Part shown: positions 17,234 through 25,518 of the stretch, piece by piece | Layout of the letters: each line of letters opens with the position of its first letter | Position numbering within the stretch: the stretch's first letter is position 1 | Source: a virus | Taxonomy: Duplodnaviria > Caudoviricetes | DNA length: 25,518 nucleotides | Virus record (IMG/VR): IMGVR_UViG_3300021368_000025 | Span: 1 to 25,518 of that record | Strand: one strand, 5' to 3' | The notes under the pieces: model-generated | What the model saw: only the letters and a program-made list of their open reading frames with translations | Databases searched by the model: none | Told to the model about the DNA's origin: nothing | Program-made: the position numbers and the translations under genes

Positions 17234-17769
17234 ATAAAGTTAGCGTTAATAAGAATACGATTCTTATGTTTCATAGGAGAGTGACCAGTGTGGTAATGAG
17301 AACCATCAAAGACACACAAGCGATTTTTCTTGGGTGTGATAGTTTTCATGACAGTATACTCTTCACTCTCATCGGTTTCATTATACACCACTGTGTCACC
17401 ATCTGAGTCAGACACGTAGTAGATAGCAGTAGTATGTTTTTCACCAAACAAATCTACATGAGGTGGATGTAAAACTTTCACACCATTTGCTACAGTCATA
17501 TCACACCGAGCACGTGCTAGGTTTTTCTCCACATGACTTTCTAGTTGTGCTAGGAAAGGTCTCATGAGAATGGAGAGTGGAGTATTAGTATACCCACCTT
17601 CATCAGATGAATGAAGAAGAAAACTAAACCCATACTGATAAATCTCACCATGAGTATAGAGATCACCAGAACTACTACCCTTGAAATACCATTCTTGCTG
17701 AGGTGATTGAAGTTGTTGTTCAATCATATTAGCATAGGTTGGTGTCAAGAAATCATCAACAATATTCAA
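17230..17769 (-). CDS. 2OG-Fe(II) oxygenase
   Basis: IVDDFL N-terminus, PHVD (HxD), IYYV.DSDGDT, PKKNRLCVFDG..YHTG (distal H), RILIN (2OG-binding R). Confidence 0.85.
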   Translation of the reverse strand: MNIVDDFLTPTYANMIEQQLQSPQQEWYFKGSSSGDLYTHGEIYQYGFSFLLHSSDEGGYTNTPLSILMRPFLAQLESHVEKNLARARCDMTVANGVKVLHPPHVDLFGEKHTTAIYYVSDSDGDTVVYNETDESEEYTVMKTITPKKNRLCVFDGSHYHTGHSPMKHKNRILINANFI

Positions 17770-18434
17770 GGTTCTAGAGCAATATAGTATACAAGGTCAT
17801 GACCGACATGACGCCACTCGGTAATCAGTTTACTGGAGATCTTCACATTGTAATCACCAGGGAACAGTTTAAGGTTCTCAACTTTCAGGAACAGTTCATG
17901 AGCACCAGTAGCAGTGCCTTTGATCTCCTGGGTGTAAGCATTAGCAGTGTCGTTCTCTTTGTCACACAGGTTTAGAGTAACCGTGCCATCTTCTGTAGAT
18001 ACAAAAGAAAGATCTGGCAAATTGTAAATCATAGATGCGTTCTGAAGTCGTTTCAATTCTTCAGATGACAGAGAGAACTCCATGTCAGCACCAGGGAACT
18101 TGACATCACGATCAGGAGCAGACTTCAATGTGATCTCAGGATCGGAGAAGTAATACTTAGCAGAGCGACGACCGCCACGAATGGTGACATACTCATCGTT
18201 GTCAAAGTTCAGACCAGGATTTTCAAAGAGAGACAGACCAAGCAGGAACTGACCAAGGTCATAGATGCCACAGGTCTTAGGGAACATCTCAGGAGAAGTG
18301 TACTGAGCAATCATGTTCTCACCAACACTGATTGTCTTCAACACATTACCCTCACGGATCATGATAGATCCATTGATTGTCGAGAAGTTCTTCAGGACAG
18401 AAATAGTTTCGGGTGTAAGTGAAAGTTGACTCAT
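17766..18434 (-). CDS. gp45: Sliding clamp
   Basis: LTPETISVLKNFSTINGSI, GIYDLGQFL, KVENLKLFPGDY, YYIALE. Confidence 0.95.
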   Translation of the reverse strand: MSQLSLTPETISVLKNFSTINGSIMIREGNVLKTISVGENMIAQYTSPEMFPKTCGIYDLGQFLLGLSLFENPGLNFDNDEYVTIRGGRRSAKYYFSDPEITLKSAPDRDVKFPGADMEFSLSSEELKRLQNASMIYNLPDLSFVSTEDGTVTLNLCDKENDTANAYTQEIKGTATGAHELFLKVENLKLFPGDYNVKISSKLITEWRHVGHDLVYYIALEP

Positions 18435-18724
18435 CGATTAGGATACTCCTCAGTGGTAGCAGATTTATCAGAAAAATGTAGTAGAAGCAAAGCGTAGTGA
18501 AGAATCTTGATGATGTCACGACGGGCAGTGCCCTTCTTATCATAGCGTGAAGCATACTTCAAGATGTTAGATCGGCAAAATGCCTCAGCATCACCACATG
18601 CTTCAATAAGATCTAGTGTTTGAATTTGGTTATTGCCAGTGGAATAGTGCTGGTTGTACGTACTCGTAACGTAATCACGGAGCTCCTTAAGGAGCTCCTC
18701 TTCATTATATTTCATAAAATTCAT
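18431..18724 (-). CDS. DUF3310-like (T7 gp1.7-like) protein
   Basis: TYNQHY...QTLDLI...FCRSNILKYASRYDKKG...DIIKILHY. The true start is probably 18724 or 18715, not 18919. Confidence 0.75.
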   Translation of the reverse strand: MNFMKYNEEELLKELRDYVTSTYNQHYSTGNNQIQTLDLIEACGDAEAFCRSNILKYASRYDKKGTARRDIIKILHYALLLLHFSDKSATTEEYPNR

Positions 18725-18725
18725 A

Positions 18726-18962
18726 TCAAGGGGTGAAGATGTACTCCAGTTCATCATGATAGCATTCAATGACTCCGCCGTCAACATCTTGGAGATATAG
18801 TTTGAGACCTTTACCATCCAAAATTTTACCAGATCGCCCATCTTTGAGATGGGCAATTGATCCACGATAACCATGGAACTCTTCTTCTTGAGCAGTAATG
18901 TATGCTTGAGCGTCTTCAATCATTTTATCTAGGAATTGGTTATCTGGGAATTCTTCTTTCAT
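18726..18962 (-). CDS. Small hypothetical protein
   Basis: 78 aa with a GGAGG RBS and a 4-nt overlap with the AAA gene. Confidence 0.75.
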   Translation of the reverse strand: MKEEFPDNQFLDKMIEDAQAYITAQEEEFHGYRGSIAHLKDGRSGKILDGKGLKLYLQDVDGGVIECYHDELEYIFTP

Positions 18963-20020
18963 ACTTCCTCCGTGGTGTCTACTTTATCATCAATTTTTTC
19001 GTAAAGGGAAAGGAAAGATTCCTTAGTCTCGTCATCAAAGCGGTTGACACAAGATTGAATTGCTTTCATCCGCTTGCCGAAAATCTTATAAGCGTTGATG
19101 ATGTGTACCAGTCGGCGGGTGCTAATGATCTCATCAATACCACCGTCATTAAAGGTCTTACGAATGATGTCTGCCCAGTCAACCAGACGGGTTACAAACT
19201 CATCGTCATCACACATCTTGCTAAGGATCTTTGCCTCAACAGAAGGAGTGGGATACTCCTGCTCGAAGGTCAAAGCAAAACGCTCAAGGAATGCTTCGTT
19301 AAGAACGTTAGTGCCGATGAAGCGACCGTCATCAGAACCCTTGCCCTTAGTGTTGGCAGTAGCAACTACAGTGAAACCAGGAGCAGGGTTGACATACCGA
19401 CCAGTCTTCTTAAGGAAAACACCCTTGCCCTCAAGGATAGATTGGAGACACAGGATCTTGTTCGATGCCAGATCAACCTCATCTAGAAGCAGCACAGCTC
19501 CCCTCTCCAGAGCTTCAATGACTGGACCATTGTGCCAAACAGTGTTGCCGTCAACCAGACGGAACCCACCAATAAGATCATCCTCGTCAGTTTCAATGGT
19601 GATGTTTACACGGATCAACTCCTTATTTAGGAGAGCACATGCTTGCTCAACAGAGAAAGTTTTACCGTTGCCTGACATACCAGTGATGAACACAGGGTAG
19701 AAGATACCAGAACCAAGGATCTTCTTGAGGTCAGTAAAGTTACCGAACGGGACAAAACCTTCATCTTTCTGGGGAACAAGGTTACGATCTTCCTGTTCGG
19801 GAGCAACCATCTCTTCCAGTTGCTCACGTGCTTCTTCAATGGTCAGGTTCCACTTACCACGACCAGTTTTGTAGGGTTCCATACGGTTACAAATAGTGGC
19901 GTAAGAATAACCCATGTGCTCAGCACCTGCTCGGATAGCAGCGGTGCCAACCTCAGTACCATAGTTCTCTTCGATGTAAGCGAAGAGTTGAATCATGTCG
20001 ATGTGAGCGAGACGGGGCAT
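18959..20020 (-). CDS. cobS: MoxR-family AAA+ ATPase (annotated CobS-like in cyanophages)
   Basis: Walker A GMSGNGKT, TDEDDLIGG, Walker B LLLDEVD, ATANTKG, LNEAFLERF, ISTRRL. Confidence 0.9.
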   Translation of the reverse strand: MPRLAHIDMIQLFAYIEENYGTEVGTAAIRAGAEHMGYSYATICNRMEPYKTGRGKWNLTIEEAREQLEEMVAPEQEDRNLVPQKDEGFVPFGNFTDLKKILGSGIFYPVFITGMSGNGKTFSVEQACALLNKELIRVNITIETDEDDLIGGFRLVDGNTVWHNGPVIEALERGAVLLLDEVDLASNKILCLQSILEGKGVFLKKTGRYVNPAPGFTVVATANTKGKGSDDGRFIGTNVLNEAFLERFALTFEQEYPTPSVEAKILSKMCDDDEFVTRLVDWADIIRKTFNDGGIDEIISTRRLVHIINAYKIFGKRMKAIQSCVNRFDDETKESFLSLYEKIDDKVDTTEEV

Positions 20021-20044
20021 TGTGCTTTGTTTGTTGATGAATTA

Positions 20045-20087
20045 ATTATAGAGCATGGTGGGGTCTTAGCGACCCCGTGTGGACAGT
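20045..20087 (-). promoter_or_regulatory. Early-type promoter: ACTGTCCAC box, GC hairpin, TATAAT
   Basis: ACTGTCCAC (20079-20087), GGGGTC-GCTAA-GACCCC, then TATAAT (20045-20050) 28 nt after the box. Confidence 0.7.
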
Positions 20088-22208
20088 TTAAGAAATGACT
20101 GTGGCGAAGGAGGACAGGATCTTTTTGTTGGTGGTCTTTGCCTTGAGCATAGAACGGAAAGACTTGCTGATTGCTGTCTTCTTAGCACCAACCTCAACAT
20201 CAAACTCAACGTCAGAAGACAGAGTAGTTTGACCCATAACATAGAGAGAATCATATCCAAGACCATGGAGTTCCCAGGACTTCTGCTTCCTCCACTTCTT
20301 CATAACAGCATCATGATCATGCTTCCAACCATGAATACCTTTGTACAGATCACTGAAGTCACTACCGTTGCCGATACGGAAACCAATGAAGTTGACCTGA
20401 GGGAAGTTGTCTTTCAGATTCTCAAGGAGAATAGTAGAGAGACTGTTACTCTGCTCCCAATCAAAGTGACGATAGGTTCGACCTAACTTACGATCACGAA
20501 GACAGCAGTTAACAGAGACACTACGGTTACCAACATAATCATTCAACTCAACATCGTAGCTCAGGTTGTTGCCTTCACCATCAGTGAGAATACAGACGTT
20601 GACTTTCTGAAGGTCATTCTGTTTCTGGAAATGAGGGATGAGAGTCTTGAGAGTAACCAAGCTTTCATTGAGAGGAGTACCAGACAGATCCAAACCCATG
20701 GGGTTGTGGTAGTAGATAGCGTGACGACTGTAGTAGTAAGCAAGACGATACAAGTAGTTGATACTGGTATCAAAACTCTTGCTGTTACTACGAGAGGTAG
20801 CAAGATTCAACAGATGGAACCGTTTGTGAACTGAGAGCATGTTGTGCTTACGTTCGTAAACATACTCATGGTTGTACTCTTCAGGATTACCCTGAAGCAA
20901 ACCATCGTGCCACTCATAAGTGAAAGCATAAACCTCAAAAGGAATCTGAACCTTACGGCAGAACCAGCAGAGGTTGATTAGTTGCTTAACAGTATCCATG
21001 AGGACATTGCCCATCGATCCCGACCAGTCAAGAATAAAGATCATGCCGTGGTTCTTGCCGTCAGGCAGAACGGTCACTTTCTTAAAGATGTCGTCATTAT
21101 ACTTATAAGTATGAAGCTTAGAAGTATTAAGAACACCAGTTTTAGATTGACCAGAACGAGCGTAAGCGTCAGCAGACTTACGACACTCGAACTCTTTAAC
21201 AAGATAGTTTACCTCTTTCTGAGAAGATTTCTTGAAGTCATTGAAATCAGCATCGACAGACTCGAAGATGTTACCCCAGTCATCACTACGCTGTTTAGCA
21301 ATGTCTCCCCAGTATTTACCAATGTAATCCTGAAGTTCATCGTAATCTACGATAGCTTTTTTGAGATTCACTTCGGGAACCTCTACGTACACAGGTTCTT
21401 GAGCGTAAGGACGATCGTTCGTTAGTTCTTCTGCTGCTTCGTCAAAAGCTTTCTGAGTTTGTGACTCAAACGCTTCTCCACCTTGCTTGCCGAATGTAAT
21501 AGTTTCGATATCGGCTTCATTACGGTCGCCGTCACCATCGCTGTCGTTGGAATCATTGGTTTCTTCTTGGTCTGCTTCGTCGGTGTCAGTTTCTGCTGTT
21601 GGTTGTACAGCAGGAGATTGTTGTCCTTCCTGAGAAGATTCAGGAAGATTATCAGGAGTCTTCTGTTCTTGCTGTTTCTTTAGATACTCTTTGAGTTGTC
21701 GGCAGACAGTGAGAACATCATCAAAGGTCTCACAGTCAGCAACTTTTTTCACATACTCAGTCTCCTCAGTGCTAAAAGGAATACGAGCATAAGCACCAAC
21801 CTTGAAGTGGAGGTTAATACGATCAATCAAATTGAAGGTGTTTAGATCTTCTCCTTCAATGTCAAAGAAGTCTTGCTCGTTAAGTTCCTGGTATCCATTG
21901 TAAAAATCTTTGTTGAGACCAGCATACTTACGCTTCATCAACTTCTCGATACGAGCATCCTCCACAACATTAATGAAGTCTTTAGGAACATCGAAGTCCC
22001 AGACATCATTAGGTGTGAACAGAGCGTGACCGACTTCGTGACCCACCAGCAGATCATAGACAACGTTAGATGCCTTGTCCCACAGGGGCAGAGTCAGCAC
22101 ACGACGGATGACATCGAAAGAAGCAGTGCTGACCTTACGGTGTTCAACGACAAGGTTCTCGGTAGCGAGCAGTCGTGCCAGGTTGCCTCGGATCTCTTGG
22201 TTGAACAT
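20088..22208 (-). CDS. Zinc-peptidase-like plus VWA (MIDAS) domain protein, CobT-like partner of the AAA+ ATPase
   Basis: HEVGH followed by NVVEDARIE, an acidic linker, then the MIDAS elements LDWSGSM, SGTPL and ILTDGE. ATG at 22208 (MFNQEIRG) is favoured over GTG at 22229. Confidence 0.88.
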   Translation of the reverse strand: MFNQEIRGNLARLLATENLVVEHRKVSTASFDVIRRVLTLPLWDKASNVVYDLLVGHEVGHALFTPNDVWDFDVPKDFINVVEDARIEKLMKRKYAGLNKDFYNGYQELNEQDFFDIEGEDLNTFNLIDRINLHFKVGAYARIPFSTEETEYVKKVADCETFDDVLTVCRQLKEYLKKQQEQKTPDNLPESSQEGQQSPAVQPTAETDTDEADQEETNDSNDSDGDGDRNEADIETITFGKQGGEAFESQTQKAFDEAAEELTNDRPYAQEPVYVEVPEVNLKKAIVDYDELQDYIGKYWGDIAKQRSDDWGNIFESVDADFNDFKKSSQKEVNYLVKEFECRKSADAYARSGQSKTGVLNTSKLHTYKYNDDIFKKVTVLPDGKNHGMIFILDWSGSMGNVLMDTVKQLINLCWFCRKVQIPFEVYAFTYEWHDGLLQGNPEEYNHEYVYERKHNMLSVHKRFHLLNLATSRSNSKSFDTSINYLYRLAYYYSRHAIYYHNPMGLDLSGTPLNESLVTLKTLIPHFQKQNDLQKVNVCILTDGEGNNLSYDVELNDYVGNRSVSVNCCLRDRKLGRTYRHFDWEQSNSLSTILLENLKDNFPQVNFIGFRIGNGSDFSDLYKGIHGWKHDHDAVMKKWRKQKSWELHGLGYDSLYVMGQTTLSSDVEFDVEVGAKKTAISKSFRSMLKAKTTNKKILSSFATVIS

Positions 22209-22231
22209 GTCTCTCTGTCGTGTGTCCACAT

Positions 22232-22275
22232 ACTATAAAACCCCCTGGGGTCACCAGAGGGTTGTAGTGGACAGT
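22232..22275 (-). promoter_or_regulatory. Early-type promoter: ACTGTCCAC box, hairpin, TATAGT
   Basis: ACTGTCCAC (22267-22275), AACCCTCTGG-TGACC-CCAGGGGGTT, then TATAGT (22232-22237) 29 nt after the box. Confidence 0.65.
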
Positions 22276-22285
22276 ATGTAGACTG

Positions 22286-22924
22286 TCAATACTCAAACAC
22301 AGAATCATCATGTCCCGCTGGTCCCTTAGGCATGATGTTGAATGCCAGGGAATACCGTTTGGTATCTGTTTTATGTAGCAAAACTTTATGTTGAACCCAA
22401 CTAGGGAACAGAAGCATCATGTTTGTCCTGGGGTTAATCTCCCAAGACCTAGAGTTGAAGTAATGGTAATTAAATGCCTCTACATTGATAGTCTTGTGTA
22501 GAGGATCATAGAATACAATAGGAGCACTGTCCTCATCATACGCTCCAAAGTAAATGATACCACTGTACCAGGAGTTTGTATGAGAATGTTGTAGACAACT
22601 ACCACCATTATATGTACGAGTCAACCAAGAACTAGTGAACTGAATATCAGTTTGATAGTTCATGACATCAATAATATAACTGAGACACTTGTCTCGGATA
22701 TACTCAGCAATTTCTGGTTGACTATTCAACCAGTGTTTGTCTAGAGTTGTCGCCCCATTACAACCATCCGCTTCATCATCTTCTAACCACTCCTGGTCGG
22801 GAGCAAGATCATACAGCTTCTTAGAGATATCAAAGTCAATAGCACACGAAGCAATTGGGTTAGCAAACACTGGCATAACCTGCCAGTAAGGATCTTGATC
22901 AGTTGTAAAAGGTGGGATATTCAT
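22286..22924 (-). CDS. Putative 2OG-Fe(II) oxygenase (HxH type)
   Basis: SWL...QHSHTNSWYSGIIY...FYDP...LLFPSWVQHKV...RYSLAFN. Confidence 0.85.
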   Translation of the reverse strand: MNIPPFTTDQDPYWQVMPVFANPIASCAIDFDISKKLYDLAPDQEWLEDDEADGCNGATTLDKHWLNSQPEIAEYIRDKCLSYIIDVMNYQTDIQFTSSWLTRTYNGGSCLQHSHTNSWYSGIIYFGAYDEDSAPIVFYDPLHKTINVEAFNYHYFNSRSWEINPRTNMMLLFPSWVQHKVLLHKTDTKRYSLAFNIMPKGPAGHDDSVFEY

Positions 22925-24636
22925 GCTTCAGACAACACAGAATAATTTTTTACTTTCTCAAATTTCATAGTACGATCAAACTTACCTTCAAGACTTTCTT
23001 TGTGACTAATGACAAACACGTTTGTATTGTCATCAAAGTTACGAAGGATCCAACCAAGTTCACTACTACCATTCTGGTCTAGAGAACCATCAAAGATCTC
23101 GTCTAGAATAAGGAGGTTAGTATCGACACTATTCTTAAGTTTAGCAATGCTTCTCCAAGTAAGCAGCAGAGCAAGATCAATACGAGCTTTCTCTCCCTCA
23201 CTGAAAGATTCGTAAGTAAAGATGTCTCGGTATCTAGATTTAATAGTTTCCTCAAAGTTTTCATCTAGAGTAAAGTTGACGTAAAAATCCATCCTCCTGA
23301 GATAATCTCCGATGAGTTTGTTCATCGCTGGAAGATATCGTTTTATAATTCTACTTTTAATTCCATTATCTTTTAACAATTGACCAGCAACATTTAATGT
23401 ATCTTTATCTTTCTTGGATGAGACAAATCGATCCTTGATAGATTTTTTTTCATCAACGTAAGCAGTCAGTTTTTCAAACTCTGCTTTCTTGCTGCTAGTC
23501 GGAGCATTGAGATCTTTGATCTCTGTTTCTCTATTACTAATCTGCTGATCCAAAGATGTAATCTCATAGTTCAGTTGATTGATGATGGAATTGATCTCCA
23601 CGATTTGTTCAGACAACTCCATAAACTTTGATTCACGTTGCTCTTCTTGCTCGATGGACTTCTCAAGATCACCGAAGCCTTTCTCCAAGGTCAGTAATTC
23701 TTTGTCACCCTCATTGATCTTCTGATCTCGGAAGTCCTGTCCAATCTCTTGTGTACACGTAGGACACACATGATTATTAATAAAGAACTCAGTCTCTTTC
23801 TTACAGGTGCTGATCTTTTGTTGGATCTTCACACGAAAGGTATTGAGTTGCTTGAGTTTCTTTTTGTTATCGGCAAGAGTTTTCAACTCAGTATTGTAGT
23901 CGGCAAGAACTACAGTTTGATCAGCAACATTTTTCATTGCTGTTCCTTTGTCTACTTTCAAAGTTTGAATGATTGTCTCTTTCTTCTCAATCTCAGACTT
24001 TGTTTTCTTCTCCAACTCCAGCATGTAATTTTTCTGGAGTTCGATCTTGTCTGTAGACAACTTGAGTTGATATTCTAGTTCCTTAATCTCTTCGTTGTTG
24101 TCACGTACCTTGTCCTTCAGCAAAGTATTCATGACTGAAAAGATTTGGATATCTAGAATATCTTCAATGATTTCTCTACGTGATGCCACTGGCAATTTCA
24201 TGAAAGGGACAAACGTAGATGACCCTAGAACTACAATCTGAGTGAAGGACTTGTAGTTCATCTTCAGAATATTTTGTTCCAGTTGTTTCTGGTAGTCAAC
24301 TGCTGTAGATGACTGATCAATCATCTGACCGTTTTGATAAATCTCAAACGTATTAGGTTTGATTCCACGAATGATTTTGAATTCGTTCCTACCAATACTA
24401 AACTCTACTTCAACCACACAACCTTTCTCATTGATGCTATTAACTAGCATCGGTTTGTTGATCTTCCTAAATGGTTTACCAAACAAAGAGAAAGTTAATG
24501 CGTCAAGAACTGTGCTCTTACCAGCACCATTTGTCCCGATAATTAAGTTTGTTTTATGGGAGGTTAGATCCACCTCGGTGAACACATTCCCCGTAGACAG
24601 GAAGTTTTTCCAGCGGATCTTTTCAAATACGATCAT
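22921..24636 (-). CDS. gp46: Recombination endonuclease ATPase subunit (Rad50/SbcC-like)
   Basis: WKNFLSTGN, Walker A GTNGAGKS, coiled coils with a CPTC zinc hook, signature FSEGE, Walker B LILDEIFD, VISH. Confidence 0.96.
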   Translation of the reverse strand: MIVFEKIRWKNFLSTGNVFTEVDLTSHKTNLIIGTNGAGKSTVLDALTFSLFGKPFRKINKPMLVNSINEKGCVVEVEFSIGRNEFKIIRGIKPNTFEIYQNGQMIDQSSTAVDYQKQLEQNILKMNYKSFTQIVVLGSSTFVPFMKLPVASRREIIEDILDIQIFSVMNTLLKDKVRDNNEEIKELEYQLKLSTDKIELQKNYMLELEKKTKSEIEKKETIIQTLKVDKGTAMKNVADQTVVLADYNTELKTLADNKKKLKQLNTFRVKIQQKISTCKKETEFFINNHVCPTCTQEIGQDFRDQKINEGDKELLTLEKGFGDLEKSIEQEEQRESKFMELSEQIVEINSIINQLNYEITSLDQQISNRETEIKDLNAPTSSKKAEFEKLTAYVDEKKSIKDRFVSSKKDKDTLNVAGQLLKDNGIKSRIIKRYLPAMNKLIGDYLRRMDFYVNFTLDENFEETIKSRYRDIFTYESFSEGEKARIDLALLLTWRSIAKLKNSVDTNLLILDEIFDGSLDQNGSSELGWILRNFDDNTNVFVISHKESLEGKFDRTMKFEKVKNYSVLSEA

Positions 24637-24896
24637 TCTAAGTCTTTCGGGGGAATCAAGAAATCATCTTTAGTTATTATAGCATACTTGTGATATCTTT
24701 CCTCACAAGCACCAACAATCAGGTCTTCATCAATCTCAACAACTTGTAACTTGGGGTTAGTGGGATCAATAACCATCATGCCATTGTACCTCTCAGCGTC
24801 ATCAGAATCTTCGAAGATAGGAATGATCTGATCACCATCTTCATTGATGACCGAGAACACTCCTTCTACTTTATCAGCTAACGTGAGAATGTACAT
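24633..24896 (-). CDS. Conserved hypothetical protein between gp47 and gp46
   Basis: 87 aa with TGATG and ATGA overlaps: IFEDSDDAERY...IITKDDFLIPP. Confidence 0.8.
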   Translation of the reverse strand: MYILTLADKVEGVFSVINEDGDQIIPIFEDSDDAERYNGMMVIDPTNPKLQVVEIDEDLIVGACEERYHKYAIITKDDFLIPPKDLE

Positions 24897-25518
24897 CAGG
24901 CAACTTCACAGCTCTCAATATATAGGGACCTCATCAACTTCTTTAGTTCGGTTTTATCTACCGTCATCTCAGTTTCGTCAACATACTCATTAAGCAAAGT
25001 CATAGTATCTTTGACTTCTAAGTTGACTTCATCGTCACTATCATCTTCTGTAGTAAGAGATTCCACAATCTTAATATCATGGACTCCAACATCATACAGA
25101 CGATCTACTAGATCCTCAAACATATGATAGTCAGTCTTTTCTTCAACGACAATCTTAATATACTTGTCAGCATATTCATGGACGTTCAACTTATCGTAGT
25201 CGTCAATCTTGTCGTTGTAAAAGATCTTCTCAAAAATCTCGTATGGATTCTTGACCCTAGTCAGTTTTTTTGTGGGTGGATCATAGAGATGGAACCCACG
25301 CTCATCCTTGTAATCATTCCAGAACATCTGGTAAGGATTGCCCAGGTATGTGATGTTACCCTTCTTGGACTTGTGGTGGAAGTGACCAGAGAACACTTGC
25401 TTAAACCGCTTGTAGATCTTAGGGTCCATGCCATGTTCCATCTTGAGACCAGGAGTTACTTCAAACCCATCGAGTTCGAGGTGCCCCATGACGATCTCGG
25501 CATTTGTGCTTTCAAGAT
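24896..25518 (-). CDS. gp47: Recombination endonuclease nuclease subunit (Mre11/SbcD-like), 5' part outside the window
   Basis: MGHLE, VFSGHFH, YLGNPY...D...RGF. The frame is open to the window edge. Confidence 0.93.
   Translation of the reverse strand, partial: LESTNAEIVMGHLELDGFEVTPGLKMEHGMDPKIYKRFKQVFSGHFHHKSKKGNITYLGNPYQMFWNDYKDERGFHLYDPPTKKLTRVKNPYEIFEKIFYNDKIDDYDKLNVHEYADKYIKIVVEEKTDYHMFEDLVDRLYDVGVHDIKIVESLTTEDDSDDEVNLEVKDTMTLLNEYVDETEMTVDKTELKKLMRSLYIESCEVA

Noticed and set aside
18725-18919. N-terminal extension of the 18431 ORF in the track
   Set aside because: It overlaps the 18726..18962 gene in another frame; the recognisable domain starts at MNFMKY.
18902-19700. Plus-strand ORFs of 194 aa and 201 aa
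   Set aside because: Antisense shadows of the AAA+ gene with no independent coding evidence.
1-25518. tRNA, rRNA, CRISPR array or transposase
   Set aside because: Intergenic gaps are short and explained by promoters and terminators; I saw no cloverleaf, regularly spaced repeats or transposase motifs.

Overview
This window is a segment of a T4-like myovirus genome, most likely a marine cyanophage (Synechococcus/Prochlorococcus type). Every credible gene lies on the minus strand. Read in the direction of transcription (right to left), it contains the replication/recombination core: gp47 (partial), gp46, a zinc-peptidase/VWA gene plus a MoxR/CobS-like AAA+ gene, gp45, gp44, a Dam-like methylase, gp62, regA, hsp20, gp43, uvsX, gp41, mazG and a thioredoxin-like gene. 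A block with late-type promoters follows: a translationally coupled cluster of a PD-(D/E)xK-like gene, a ligase-motif gene and a HIGH-motif nucleotidyltransferase, then probable virion/head-associated proteins including one with an Ig domain. The most notable non-standard signals are: (1) a complete dnaX-like -1 ribosomal frameshift cassette at 2581-2650 that would fuse two adjacent ORFs; (2) two late promoters with an identical TATAAATA-N7-GAAAAGTAGT-N13-ATG layout; (3) a hairpin that is at once a terminator, an RBS-sequestering stem and the carrier of a late promoter, placed in front of the nuclease/ligase/nucleotidyltransferase cluster; (4) a ROSE-like thermometer in the hsp20 leader. All calls come from reading motifs by eye; no database searches or folding computations were run.
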